Shown here: in pieces, positions 52,961 through 64,000 of the stretch
Position numbering within the stretch: the first letter of the stretch is position 1
How the letters are laid out: each line of letters opens with the position of its first letter
NCBI GenBank assembly: GCA_030141605.1
Contig: JAQGDQ010000077.1
Span: 434,001 to 498,000 of the forward strand
Origin: Tubiluchus corallicola
Taxonomy: Eukaryota > Animalia > Priapulida
Direction of reading: 5' to 3'
DNA: 64,000 bases
Notes under the pieces: generated by a model
What the model saw: the letters and a program-made list of their open reading frames with translations, nothing else
Database searches by the model: none
What the model was told of the DNA's origin: nothing
Position numbers and translations under genes: made by a program

Positions 52961-53487
52961 AAAATTGTTAATAGTCAATGAGTTTCAAAGTATCTACTCC
53001 ATTCTTACTCCAGTCAAAGAAAAACCTTGTGGTTAAGAAGGAATTCAAACAAGCAAAATTATTGCTGCATTTCTAGGATCTGCCTTTGTATTTCTCAAAA
53101 TCACGTTCCCATGAATGTTGTTTATTACTTTAACGTTTGTTTTTGTCTAACTTGAATGGAAAAAACAAGATCGCGTCAGCGATTAATTTAGTCTGAAAAT
53201 GTCACCCTCATAACTGTGAATGCAACTAAAAGCTTTGACGATTCTCGTTTAGGTCGCTCACCTCAGAAACCCCTATCTATTTAATTGCTAATGAGTTAAG
53301 TGCTTATATAAATAACTTGATGTCACATACACTAACAACAACGTACGTCATTTCAATAGTTATCACAAACGTTTTGCGCTCCAGTAAGAATTAACGATTA
53401 TAAAAGATGTGCACAGTATTGAGCTTTGTTCTATTGTAAGTATAAAAAGTACCTCATAGTAATTGTTTTTTCTCCTTTAGAGCTAGC

Positions 53488-53522
53488 ATGAATTTTGTTT
53501 CAAATTATATTTTGTCTGTGTT
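53488..53522 (+). CDS. IB-domain gene: first coding exon (signal peptide start)
   Basis: tctcctttag|agctagcATG AAT TTT ... GTG TT|gtaacg. Phase 2 matches the next exon and completes a hydrophobic signal peptide. The donor is weak. Confidence 0.55.
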
Positions 53523-55522
53523 GTAACGAACTATTGCTATTTGTTAATCTCATTTGCATTCGCCTATCATCGATTGGCAAAAACACGACTCAAAATTACA
53601 CACTATCTTAATATCCAAATTTTACCATATTCTAATATCATAGTGACAACCCAAATATATAGTTATAATTCTTTTCACGCGTTGGTATAAAAACGAATTA
53701 AAACGAAATTAAAGTGAAGTAGCTCACCACGCACGCACTGGCGGTAACTAAAATAATAATAGCAATGGTCACGGCACCTAGTAACAACAGCATTAGCAGC
53801 AGCAACAAAACTAACAACGATAACGACAACGACAGTTAGAGCAACAGCAACAACACACACATTGTGCGGCTATTTACTTAGAGTATTAAATATCTAAAAA
53901 TAACTGGTCGAAAATTATAGGACCCCAATAGCGTGAAATACCTGTATAATAAAGATTCTTATAAATGATTGAAAAATACTGAACTCTCCAAGAACTCCAA
54001 CCAATGACGACCTATTATTCTTATAGAGTAGCAACTGCCATGTTAAGATCGTCGTCAGCGTGCACGGCTATCTGTGAGGATGCTGAGTGCGAAGAGCTAG
54101 GGCACTGCAAATATGGTTCACAGAGACCAGATTGCTCCTGCTGTGAAATATGCTCAAAGGTAATAAACGTGCCTTGAATTTACTAATCAAAAAATTTTGA
54201 GTAGAAGTATAACGAGAGGAAAATGTTGTGATACAAAATCCAGAACTTTAAATTTTTTCTTGACATAGTTAGTCAGTCAGTAGTGCAGCAGTTTTTGTCC
54301 CTTTCCCAGCATGTTGTACGTCACGATCTTAAAGGTGTTTCGTGGCCTGAAAATCTCATGTTACTTATTTGGATATTACGATGATATCACTTAGAAGCAA
54401 ATATATTACAAGGATTACCTTTCATCACAACTTCGGCTATCACTTGGCGTTTAAGTGCATCTTAATCATATTTCTTACACTGGAGTCACGTTATTGAACT
54501 TTTATCTTCATGAACTTGATCCAGAGTCATAAACTGCTTTACTAAATCAACTCCTGTAGAGGTCAAATCATGAAAAATTGATATATTTGGCCCTACCCGT
54601 TCAAAACGGCGCGTACAGACTAGCAAGTTTTCTCACCAAGTAACTCACAAGCGAGTTCATACTAGAGAGCAAAACTTGCTGCCAGTTACTCTTGCACAGT
54701 AACTTCTCTATTCGCTTTTGAGAAGTGTCGAGAGCAACTGCCGCAGAGCTTGCAATTTCTTGCCGACGCACACTTGCGAATGTGCTGTCAAAAAGAAAAC
54801 TCGCTAGTCTGAACGCGCCGAGAGTTATTTTAATGTTAGATGATTCAAGTAAAAACAAGAACAACGAGAAGTGAATAATTTATTGGACTTATGCTTTTCT
54901 AAATAACTTAATAGCCCCATCTACAAAGTAAAAGGGAAATATGCACTATAGAAGTAAATTTCGATAGTTGTTCTTATTTCAAAAATTCAATAGCAGGTTG
55001 AATTATCAAACAGAAAGTCAGAAACTGATTTAAGACCTTGTGAGCAAGTATAAATCGCAGGAAATCATTAATATGTTTCTTGGCTTCTTATTGATTTATT
55101 AAAACTTTTATAAATTATGAGAAATCAGTCTGGTTTATCATTTGCAGATTAAGCAACACACATTAATGTGAACTTTTCAATTCTTTACAATTTTCTATTA
55201 AAGTTTTATTTTATATGTTGTATTGTTATCCATATTTGACCTCTACAAACAGGTTAGCTGCTAAATGTATTTTCTTGTATTTGGATTTATTTATAGTTGG
55301 AATAAATTTTGCGCATCTTTTTAAGGGTCCGGGAGCACCATGTGGTCCAGAGGAGGACTGGTATTCAGGACATTGTGGGAAAGGACTAACTTGTATTACT
55401 CCGCTAGACTCTACCAATGAAGGATCAATATGTGTAAAAAGCTCCGTACTAAAACTGCTCTCCAAGTACTTGGTAAACACTTTATTTCATCAGAATAACC
55501 TCCCTCGCTCTCGTTCTCTCGG

Positions 55523-55564
<42 letters not shown>

Positions 55565-57572
55565 CCCCTTTCTTCCCTTTCTCAGTATTTAAAATGCATT
55601 TATTTGGGTAAGGGGTCTCATGACGAACTGAACAAGAAACAGCTAGGCGGCCTGGGAGAGCGATGTAAGCTGCCCCTTTGGGGTCTGGGGCTTATATTTT
55701 CCTTGATTTTAGGCTTTTGAGATCTTTAGTGGTCGAAAAAGGTCAATTTAGTAAATGTTTTTTCAACCGTTTTTTGCCAATAAGGGTACAAAATTTAGGT
55801 ATTAATGCAAAAACAGCAATTGCTTTTCAAAGTTTTTATCCACTAGCTTTTATACTTTACACGATATAAGTCTTGGTCTGTTCAAACCGCTTAACGGCGA
55901 GGAATCACTGAGCAAAAAAATACAACAAGGTGCACTAGCTCCAGTTTACATGTTCATATACTTCTGTCAAAGACAATCACGCGGTTCACGCCAACTGATT
56001 ACAGCTAAATTTTGTTGCTCCTAACGTTTCAAGCCTAAAGTAAAATAAATTACTAGGCGATGAAATGAGTTAACTCATTATTCTTGTGCACAACTTCTCA
56101 AGAAACATTTTCTTTTTTCTGAAAAGTTGCAAAAACAATGAGGTACACATAGTTATCCTCTACAGTTTAATTTTGTTAATTGAAAGACGGAAAGTGAGCT
56201 ACTAACATGTATTACGGATAGGCTTATAGATAATTAAATGGTGAGAAAACTAAATATGCGACCTGGCGAGCCATTGTTTTTTCTTTAGGTGCTGGGTCTA
56301 TAACTTTAGGTTCCAGGTCTGCGACACTGACAAACCCGGCGCACTTTAAGCACTGCCCTCTCCCGTAGTCACTGTCATCTCCTTGTCACTGTTGAAAAAC
56401 CGGAGAACAAATTTATATGGTCGACTCATTTTCTAGCGTTCACAAACCTAAGTTAGTTACGCCGTTACCTTAACGAGCCAGCTGACAATTTCAAAATTAC
56501 CTACATCGCGGAGCGGATGTTTCTGCATAATAATTTGCTTCATGCACACTGTGTTAGCTAAATTGGCAGGCTAATTAAGGGCAGAAGACAGAAGCTAACA
56601 TAGTAATTTCAGGAAAAATGTTTGACTGAAAACACTGTGACAGAACAAGCGATAACTATAGAAAGAAGTAGCATTTTCATTAGGTTCGTTCTTACATTAC
56701 TACAAGGACAATGACAATGGCAACGGAAACATAACAATGACAGTGTGATATCAACAATTACAAAGCTGCATGGTTCTACCTCAAAGTGAATTCGTGTAAT
56801 ACAATTGAAATTACTTATGTAGGTAAGATGCCAGTCGTTTGCTGTTTGATATCTTAGTAACTTAGTCAACTACTCAGTCGACTTGTAAGTCAATCAGCAA
56901 GTTTAACAGTCCAACCTGTCTAAATAACTAAGTGATTTACCATTCAAGCAACTAACTAACTAACCAACCAACCAGTCAAACTACAAATCAGTCAATTAAA
57001 TGACTGACTAATAAAGTACTCAAGAAAAGCAACCAAACAAAAGACTCACCGACTAACTGACCAATCAGTCAATAAACTAATTAGAAAAAGAAATCACATA
57101 TTCACCTTCTACACGTACCTGCTAACTAATAAACAAAAGCAGCCTGATTTTCCAACCAACCGTCCGTTCAACCAACAATCAATCGATCAACCAACCACCC
57201 TCCCAACCAACCAGCAACCAACTAACCAACCAACCAACAAACTAACCAACAAAAAATTAAACCAACCAGCAATCTAATTAGCAAACTTACTACCCAGCAA
57301 AAAATTAGGAACCAATTAATGAACCAGTAATCCAAAAAACCAACCAATAAGCTAATTTATTTCATTTCCAGATACCGAACGTGGAAAATTTCTGCTATGG
57401 ACCTTGGGTAACCTGCGATTCGCCAAAGACTTGTGTCGTAGCCGAATATGACCAATATGGACTTAGTGGCCGATGTGTGACCCCCGAAACTGCAAAAGCT
57501 GTAAAAAAACACATTGAGCCGTACCTGAAGAGAAAGCAAAACATTAAACAAGACGTAAACAGAATTAATTAA
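53488..57572 (+). CDS. Secreted Cys-rich IGFBP N-terminal (IB)-domain protein (SIBD/neuroparsin-superfamily-like) with an extra 4-Cys module; 4 coding exons, 171 aa
   Basis: Exons 53488-53522, 54027-54159, 55326-55472 and 57372-57572 join in phase (2, 0, 0): MNFVSNYILSVLVATAMLRSSSA|CTAICEDAECEELGHCKYGSQRPDCSCCEICSKGPGAPCGPEEDWYSGHCGKGLTCITPLDSTNEGSICVKSSVLKLLSKYLIPNVENFCYGPWVTCDSPKTCVVAEYDQYGLSGRCVTPETAKAVKKHIEPYLKRKQNIKQDVNRIN*. Twelve Cys with the CxCCxxC..GxxCG..CGxGLxC pattern of IB domains. Confidence 0.8.
54027..54159 (+). CDS. IB-domain gene: exon with first 8 Cys
   Basis: ttcttatag|A GTA GCA...TGC TCC TGC TGT GAA ATA TGC TCA AAG|gtaata. Confidence 0.85.
55326..55472 (+). CDS. IB-domain gene: exon with Cys 9-12
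   Basis: catctttttaag|GGT CCG GGA GCA CCA TGT GGT ... TAC TTG|gtaaac. Confidence 0.85.
57372..57572 (+). CDS. IB-domain gene: terminal exon (extra 4-Cys module plus basic tail)
   Basis: ttatttcatttccag|ATA CCG AAC...AAT TAA; phase 0 and in frame with ORF 57381-57572. Confidence 0.7.
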   Translation: MPNVENFCYGPWVTCDSPKTCVVAEYDQYGLSGRCVTPETAKAVKKHIEPYLKRKQNIKQDVNRIN

Positions 57573-59894
57573 TTTCTGGCTTAATAAGCTTAGTCTCTTT
57601 GGCATATACTGTAACAGCAACGCAGTATAACGTCAACAGGGGAAAATTAGTAATAATTTCTGCGCTAAATCGTCTGAGCAATCTTCATCGCATTATCTGG
57701 CTTAGTCAAATATGCTACCTTGAATGGATGGTGAATTATATGTGACCTTGTTATACTAACTGCGCTCAATTGCTCCTACTCAGATGGTGCCCACTGTTTT
57801 TTCTCTTTTTCGGTACAAATATTATATTTACATTGCTTAATGTAGTCTTATGTAGTCTTGTTGTATATCGTCTTCTCTTATTTTCCTGAATGGTGACGAT
57901 CAAAATACAATTTTTATATTGGAAATGTGCAAAAATTAAACATGAACATAAAAAATCTTTGACGTTGGTCTAATTCTGCTAATCTGAGCACCGAATATGC
58001 AAGTCATGCGCACTAAATTACAAAACGTGATTGTGGCAAAGTGATGACATAAACGTCAATACTAATGGCAGTACAGTATGAACATTAAAATAATTTTACG
58101 CATATTTAACATGCACATATAAAAACTAGGTGTTTTCAAAATTATTTTTTTAGAAAATGCTAAGTGACAGACAGAGGGAGGCAGGGCTTGTGCAAATACA
58201 AACACATACGCGACATTTCTTATAAAGCTATATAAAAACTAGAAACACGTAGAAGAAAAAGAGAGAATGCAAATAACAAAAGTAAAAGACAAAAGAGACA
58301 AAAAAGCAAGGAAATAAAGGGAAAAAGTGAGAGATGGAGACAGAGAGTGAAAGAGGGAGAAGACAGAGGGAGGGAGGGAGGCAGGGAGAGAGAGGATAGA
58401 AAGAGTGAAAGCGCGTGAGCTAGGGAGGAAAAAGAGCGAATCAAGCGTGAAAAATTGTACACAGTTCGTGTCTCATGTATTAGCACTGCTTACTAAATGT
58501 CCTAATTATCGGAAGCTGAGCAGATCAGGTGTCTAATTACTTAGCGCATCAATAGCTACCGACAGAAATGATTACCTGGTGACGTACAAGTAGTTTCCGT
58601 CATACTACGTGCGTGAGTCATTTATTAGGCTATAGACTGTGATATACTAAAGCACTAATTTTGTAAATTCGTTACATAATCTTTAGATAGGATGTCAGTC
58701 TTCCTGTCTGCCGAACACAAATTCTGGGACCCCATCTCCCTCATACAGCCTACACTACGAGTTACAAATTTTTGTTGGCGAATTTATTGTGGCGGTAAAT
58801 ATATCTTCTATCATAATCGCAAAAGTAGGTGTATCAGCTAGAGTAATTATATATGTATATATGCTCACATCTTCTTTATGCCATCTAAGTTACAATTGTT
58901 ATTATTAACATATCTTACACTAAGATTCTCAGAAAATGTTCTTGGGAACCTTTACGTAGGCTGCAGCAACTTATTTCAGCCAAATCCAACGTCTGCTATT
59001 TCAGTATGTATTACAGTGACGATTAGGCCTGTAGCTTACTGCAAATCATATCATCATCCTTAAATGTTCAGAAAAGGTAGTATTAGTTACAAAAAGTACA
59101 TGTGGCTGCTTACTACACGTCACATTAAGTAATAACAGATAAATGTAAACAAGACAGCAAACACCAATTATGCACAAAGCAGTTACTGTACAATGAAGCT
59201 TTACTTCGTTGATGTCGCTTCCATCATCGTTGCAACAATGAGTAACACCAACTACGAATCCTCCTAGATCTTTATTATTAATCTACCAGTTTATCTATCA
59301 CCATTCAACCAGTCGATCTGATATCATTCACAGTTATTTACTGGTGTTGGCCAAGTTTTATACCCACCAAAATGAAGCAATTCAGTTTGCAATAAAACAT
59401 CTTCAGTCTGGATTCTGGATGCAATAATCTAGATAAGTACCGTCTTTGACAATAACTCTAATTGTTAACCAATATTCCGAAATACTTTAGCACTTCAATC
59501 CAAATAAATATTTGGCTGAATACAGAGAAAATTAAAGCTGAAATTCATAACATAACGCAAAAATGTGATTTAAGCCATTGTTCTCCGGCATCATTATCGG
59601 TACCATCATTACCATCTCCATATAGCAGCATACAAACAAGGAATCGAACAAGTTAGCATATCTTCAGCATTGTTAATTTCGTAATAAAATAGCGCTATTT
59701 TCTTCGCTACAAAACTCATTATGTTGCTCTTAGACCCTCGTTGAGAAATTTTTAATTGCACAGCTGAAAATTTCAACAATTTTGCTGCTGTACCTATATC
59801 CGGCACGTAGACATGTAATTCAAATTGCGCAAGTGCCACGGTGGAATTTTGATTTGTGCGTTGTTAATTCACAAAAAGAGAAATAGACACCGTA

Positions 59895-59962
59895 AATAAC
59901 CCAATAACCCAATTAATCGTTATTAACCCAATAACCCAATTAATCGTTATTAACCCAATAAC
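59895..59962. repeat. Short tandem duplication (aacccaataacccaattaatcgttatt)x2+
   Basis: Directly visible. Confidence 0.85.
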
Positions 59963-62689
59963 TAGTTAGCGATTAATGACAGGCCATTTTTGTGCTGCCT
60001 GCTAACTTACGGGCTCTTACGCTTATAATACTTGCGCTTCAGTTATTATTACATTGGTTAAAGTAGTTTTTACGTATCTCAACGTTAAATGGAGAAAAAA
60101 GTTACTCCATAGAAGCGACCCTTATCTTGGGCCGTTCTTGCGCAAGCATGTTTTACAATATAATAAATTATTTATGGAAAAATTTAAACTCACTCCTGTA
60201 GTAGCTGTAATATACTGACATAAAAAACTGTATAAAAAGTGAATGAAAGGAAGCAGTTACGCAACTGAGAGACTCGAAATCCAAATATACAAACAGTTTT
60301 TAGCGATATCACTTCATACGAAAAGGTTAAATTATTTAGCCGTGCGAATTTTATACAATTTACAGTTCGTATAATTCTTGGAAAAGACGTGAACCTTCGT
60401 TCTAAGATAAGTGCGACTGACACACTGTATAAGCACACTGGACTTGCGGGACTGTATGTCGCGTATATATACAATCATTTAGTAGGAGAAAAATCAGCAG
60501 GGCAGCAGAAATGTGTTATTTGTATGTTTAATGGTGCGTCTTCATAAGACACTGCCTTCTCGTTACGCTTAACTATTGTGTTTAGCTAAATGTTGCGTAA
60601 ATTAAAATTGCATGTCTGCGCGCTCTCTTCGAAAACAATCCATTACAGAACAGTTGTGCCGCTAAAAAATTTGAGCTCATACTGCGAGTGTTTTAGTTGC
60701 ATGTGTCGGCGTGCTCTCATAGACTTCAGTTGTTTACAGACTTTGCTACTTTTAATTACGCAACCGAAAAGTGCATGTCTGCGCGGGGTCTAAGTGTGGA
60801 TAAGTAGCTACACTGAGAGTAGCCACCAACCACTTCGCGAACAGCCCTTCATTTTAGCAGAAAACTCATTACGCTCACGCCTTCAATATCAAAATATAAG
60901 GTACTGGGCCGCCGACAAAAACTACTTTGACGGCAAAATAACTAAATGACATGCGATTCGTCACTTACCTATACGTTATTCCGTATTACGCTGTTAGAAA
61001 ATCTTATTTAAAAAATAATGGCCTCCGTCGTATTTCAAGGTGTAACGTTTATTAAAAGAATTCCTAATGCAAATCTCTGGTGTAAATCACTTTGTAAATC
61101 ACTTCTATAGCAATTTCTAAGTACTACATAATATTTCTTGTAATCATTCAATTTAAACGCTGAACCGTTTTTTGTTGTTTGTTGTTTTGTGATGCTTTTT
61201 TTGTTGCATGTAATTATAGTATAGACTTTTATATTTGGTGACACTGCAGAAAATTATTAGGGTCTGTAGTACAATTAGTAGCTATCTTGAGGGAATACCG
61301 ATCTGTCCAAAGTCCATTCAAGTTCTTCACAGACTTAACGGTTTTTTATGTTTTGCGCGTTCTAGTGGTAGAAAGTAAAATCGAGAGGACCTCGAGTGAA
61401 ATCAAGGCAGACCTTAAATGACAAGAAAAGGGCACCTGAAGTAGGTTTCAGAAAAATCGCCTTAAAAAATTATATTACTTTACAGCAATTTTATGCACAT
61501 ATCGTATTCGCGTTGAAAGCAATTTTCGTTTGTTTGCATTTTAAATCTACCGCAATATTGTTCGGAAGGCGCCATTACATGACGTCACTAAAACACATAT
61601 TCAGCGGAAGAAAAGGTAATGTTAAATTATAACCCAAAAAACTTTCCGTGCAAATCTATATTACTTAGCATTTCGTTTACCTGCTGTAAAGACTTATGTA
61701 ACTAAACTAATAATTTAAAATGTTTGTGCCAATTGGTAAAATGTCGCTGACTCACCCTACAGGGTGCGCCACTCACTAGCCAAAAACGTATTTTTAATTT
61801 TATTGACAAGATACAGTAATTTAAAATTTTACTTAATTAGCAACATGTATGATACGAATGCTCTGATTATTTTTTCAAACTTTACTCAATGTTATCAAAA
61901 CTTGTTTCAAACGAACTACGATTAAAATGGCTGCGCCTAACGTTCATCGCGGGAGTTTAAATTTACACGTTTTATACAGCGTTACGGCCGATGCAAGCCA
62001 TGCATACGAAAAGGTAGTACGTAAGTTGTATAAAATTTCGAGACGAATTTTTTAAGCTTAATGTAAGTGGAGGGTTTTCTTGTGCTTTAAGTCAGTATTC
62101 TAAGTGAGGTTTTTTCTCGCGCGCATGATTCTTTTAGACCATTGGGATTCCACCGTGTGCGCCGGCTACAAAACTATCATGAATCTTTTGTGCCTAAACT
62201 CTGTCACTATATAAGTAGAACATCAGACGGAATTTTAAGTGAAATTTAAAGTGCAGTCTGCAATTTAACTTGCTTAATGGCCGCATTGTATAGCATCTTC
62301 TCTTTACCGTTAACGAGTTCTTGCGGGCTCTCTCTCTCTCTCCTCTGTGTCTTTCTCTTGGGTAATCAATTCTGCTAACCCGAAACAACTCCTGCATTTG
62401 AATTAGTCTTTACATATCATAAATCTTCACTTTATTATATATAAGGCCTTTCATTCGTATTATTTCACTAGCCGTTGTGGAATTGTTCTGGTTGCGCATA
62501 CTAGCTGTTTACACTTCTCATACATTTGTGTCATTTAGTGATGTGTATTTGTACGTCATTTCTCCCTATTTCTAATGCTAATGACAATGCTAACGCTAAC
62601 ACTAACAGTAACACCAACACTAACTCTAACACTAAACTAATACTAACACCATATCTCACAGATCTTTTGGTACGCCGTAATATAGACCG

Positions 62690-63060
62690 AACACGTTTCG
62701 CTAATGAACAAATTTAAATAATTTATATAAACCAGTTCCAAGTACAATATTCTATCGCGTAAAAGCGGCTTCTGTCTGTGCTCCACGTCTCCGGGAACAG
62801 CTTGCCAGTTGCTGTACGCTCTGCCTATTAAGTTAGTTAAAGATTCATTAAATTCTTTTAAACGACATCTTCGAACACATTTGTTTAGATTGTACTTTTA
62901 CGGTGAATTAGTTTTTGTATTTTTTATTGTATTTTAAATTTTAATGTGTCTCGTGAATTTTAAATGTATCTTATTGTTCAGCGTGTTGAGATAATAGTAA
63001 ATAATAATAATAATAATAGAGATTTAAATAATAATAATAATATAAATAATAATATAATTG
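62690..63060 (+). mobile_element. L2/CR1-clade LINE 3' remnant with (AAT)n tail
   Basis: Broken frame AASVCAPRL/(W)NSLPVAVRSA...LNSFKRHLRTHLFRLYF matches the typical L2 ORF2 end (AFS-AAP-LWNSLP...FK--LKTHLF). Followed by a T-rich UTR and aataataat repeats. Confidence 0.7.
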
Positions 63061-63276
63061 TATAATACTATACAAATAAATTTTACATTTATTAATTAAC
63101 ATTAACTGTAATGCTACGATGAATAGCTTGTTGAAAGGTAAAACAAAATCGAACGCCAGCACAAAATTCGGACCAATCTTACTTCAATCTCCCTGAACTC
63201 TTGATCATCTGCCGTATTGTAAACCTGATATATTTGCAGAATAGCTGTTGGTATGACACTTGGTATGCAAGAAGCG

Positions 63277-63396
<120 letters not shown>

Positions 63397-64000
63397 GCTT
63401 TTGTAATCGAAATGCTAGTCTAGAATCAGAAAGTTGTCAAGCTATTTGAAATCTCTGGTCATCATGTCTGCCAGTGTTGACATTTACTGCAAAGAGTGTG
63501 TTTAGCTGGCGCCTTAATCAATGTTTGGCTTCGTCGGATATTCCGTCACATCTGATTCGTAACTCGTTTGGCAAATAAACTGTTACAAATTCCTATCCAA
63601 TTCTTATTCACATCAGTAGTTCTTTGTATACTTAAAAGTTATTTATTTACCAAATACAAATTGCAAATTACGGTTTTCTTTATGCAGCTTGTTACATTTC
63701 AGAAGGTAATTTTCGTTCCTAAATTTTGTATCAATGAGGCACAACAAAGAACTATTCTATTACTTAAAGCGAATAAAAAACAATTTTCGTCTGTAGATTG
63801 TTAAAAAATGAACAATACCCTATACTATCTTTATTGCTAATTTTTGTTTATTATAATATTACTGTTATCACACCATTTTATTTGCACTACGCCTAAAGAC
63901 GATAAATAAGCGCAACTTATACACACAGTTTTAGAAATCTAAGCAAAGAAATCAGCGAGGATAAATTCAAAAATAGCCAATAGAATCATAAATAATAAAT

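Noticed and set aside
56290-56420. Extra exon of the IB gene after the acceptor-like tttttctttag
   Set aside because: In the required phase 0 it reads VLGL* with no Cys pattern; it cannot be supported without transcripts.

Overview
AT-rich, intron-rich eukaryotic (invertebrate animal) genomic DNA; not prokaryotic, and most short ORFs in the supplied track are spurious. Three protein-coding loci were reconstructed by hand from GT-AG splice sites and exon phases. (1) The 3' end of an otopetrin (OTOP) proton-channel gene on the + strand. Its terminal exon, encoding the C-terminal half (about TM7-TM12), is tandemly duplicated: 1630-2451 is intact, 4141-4915 carries a 14-nt frameshifting deletion, and there is a tiny third remnant near 5070-5113. 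(2) A receptor (transmembrane) guanylyl cyclase of the Gyc76C/Gyc32E/NPR type on the - strand: 20 phase-compatible exons from 48199 to 8016, 1151 aa. I could not find its 5' exons in the window. (3) A 4-exon, 171-aa secreted Cys-rich protein on the + strand (53488-57572), with an IGFBP N-terminal (IB)-type domain and an extra 4-Cys module, apparently nested antisense in an intron of the cyclase gene. The rest is intron and intergenic DNA with foldback/MITE elements (one nested insertion with an AATT target-site duplication), LINE, SINE, Penelope and Tc1/mariner remnants, a 1.5-kb-period duplication with conserved splice signals, and many microsatellites.
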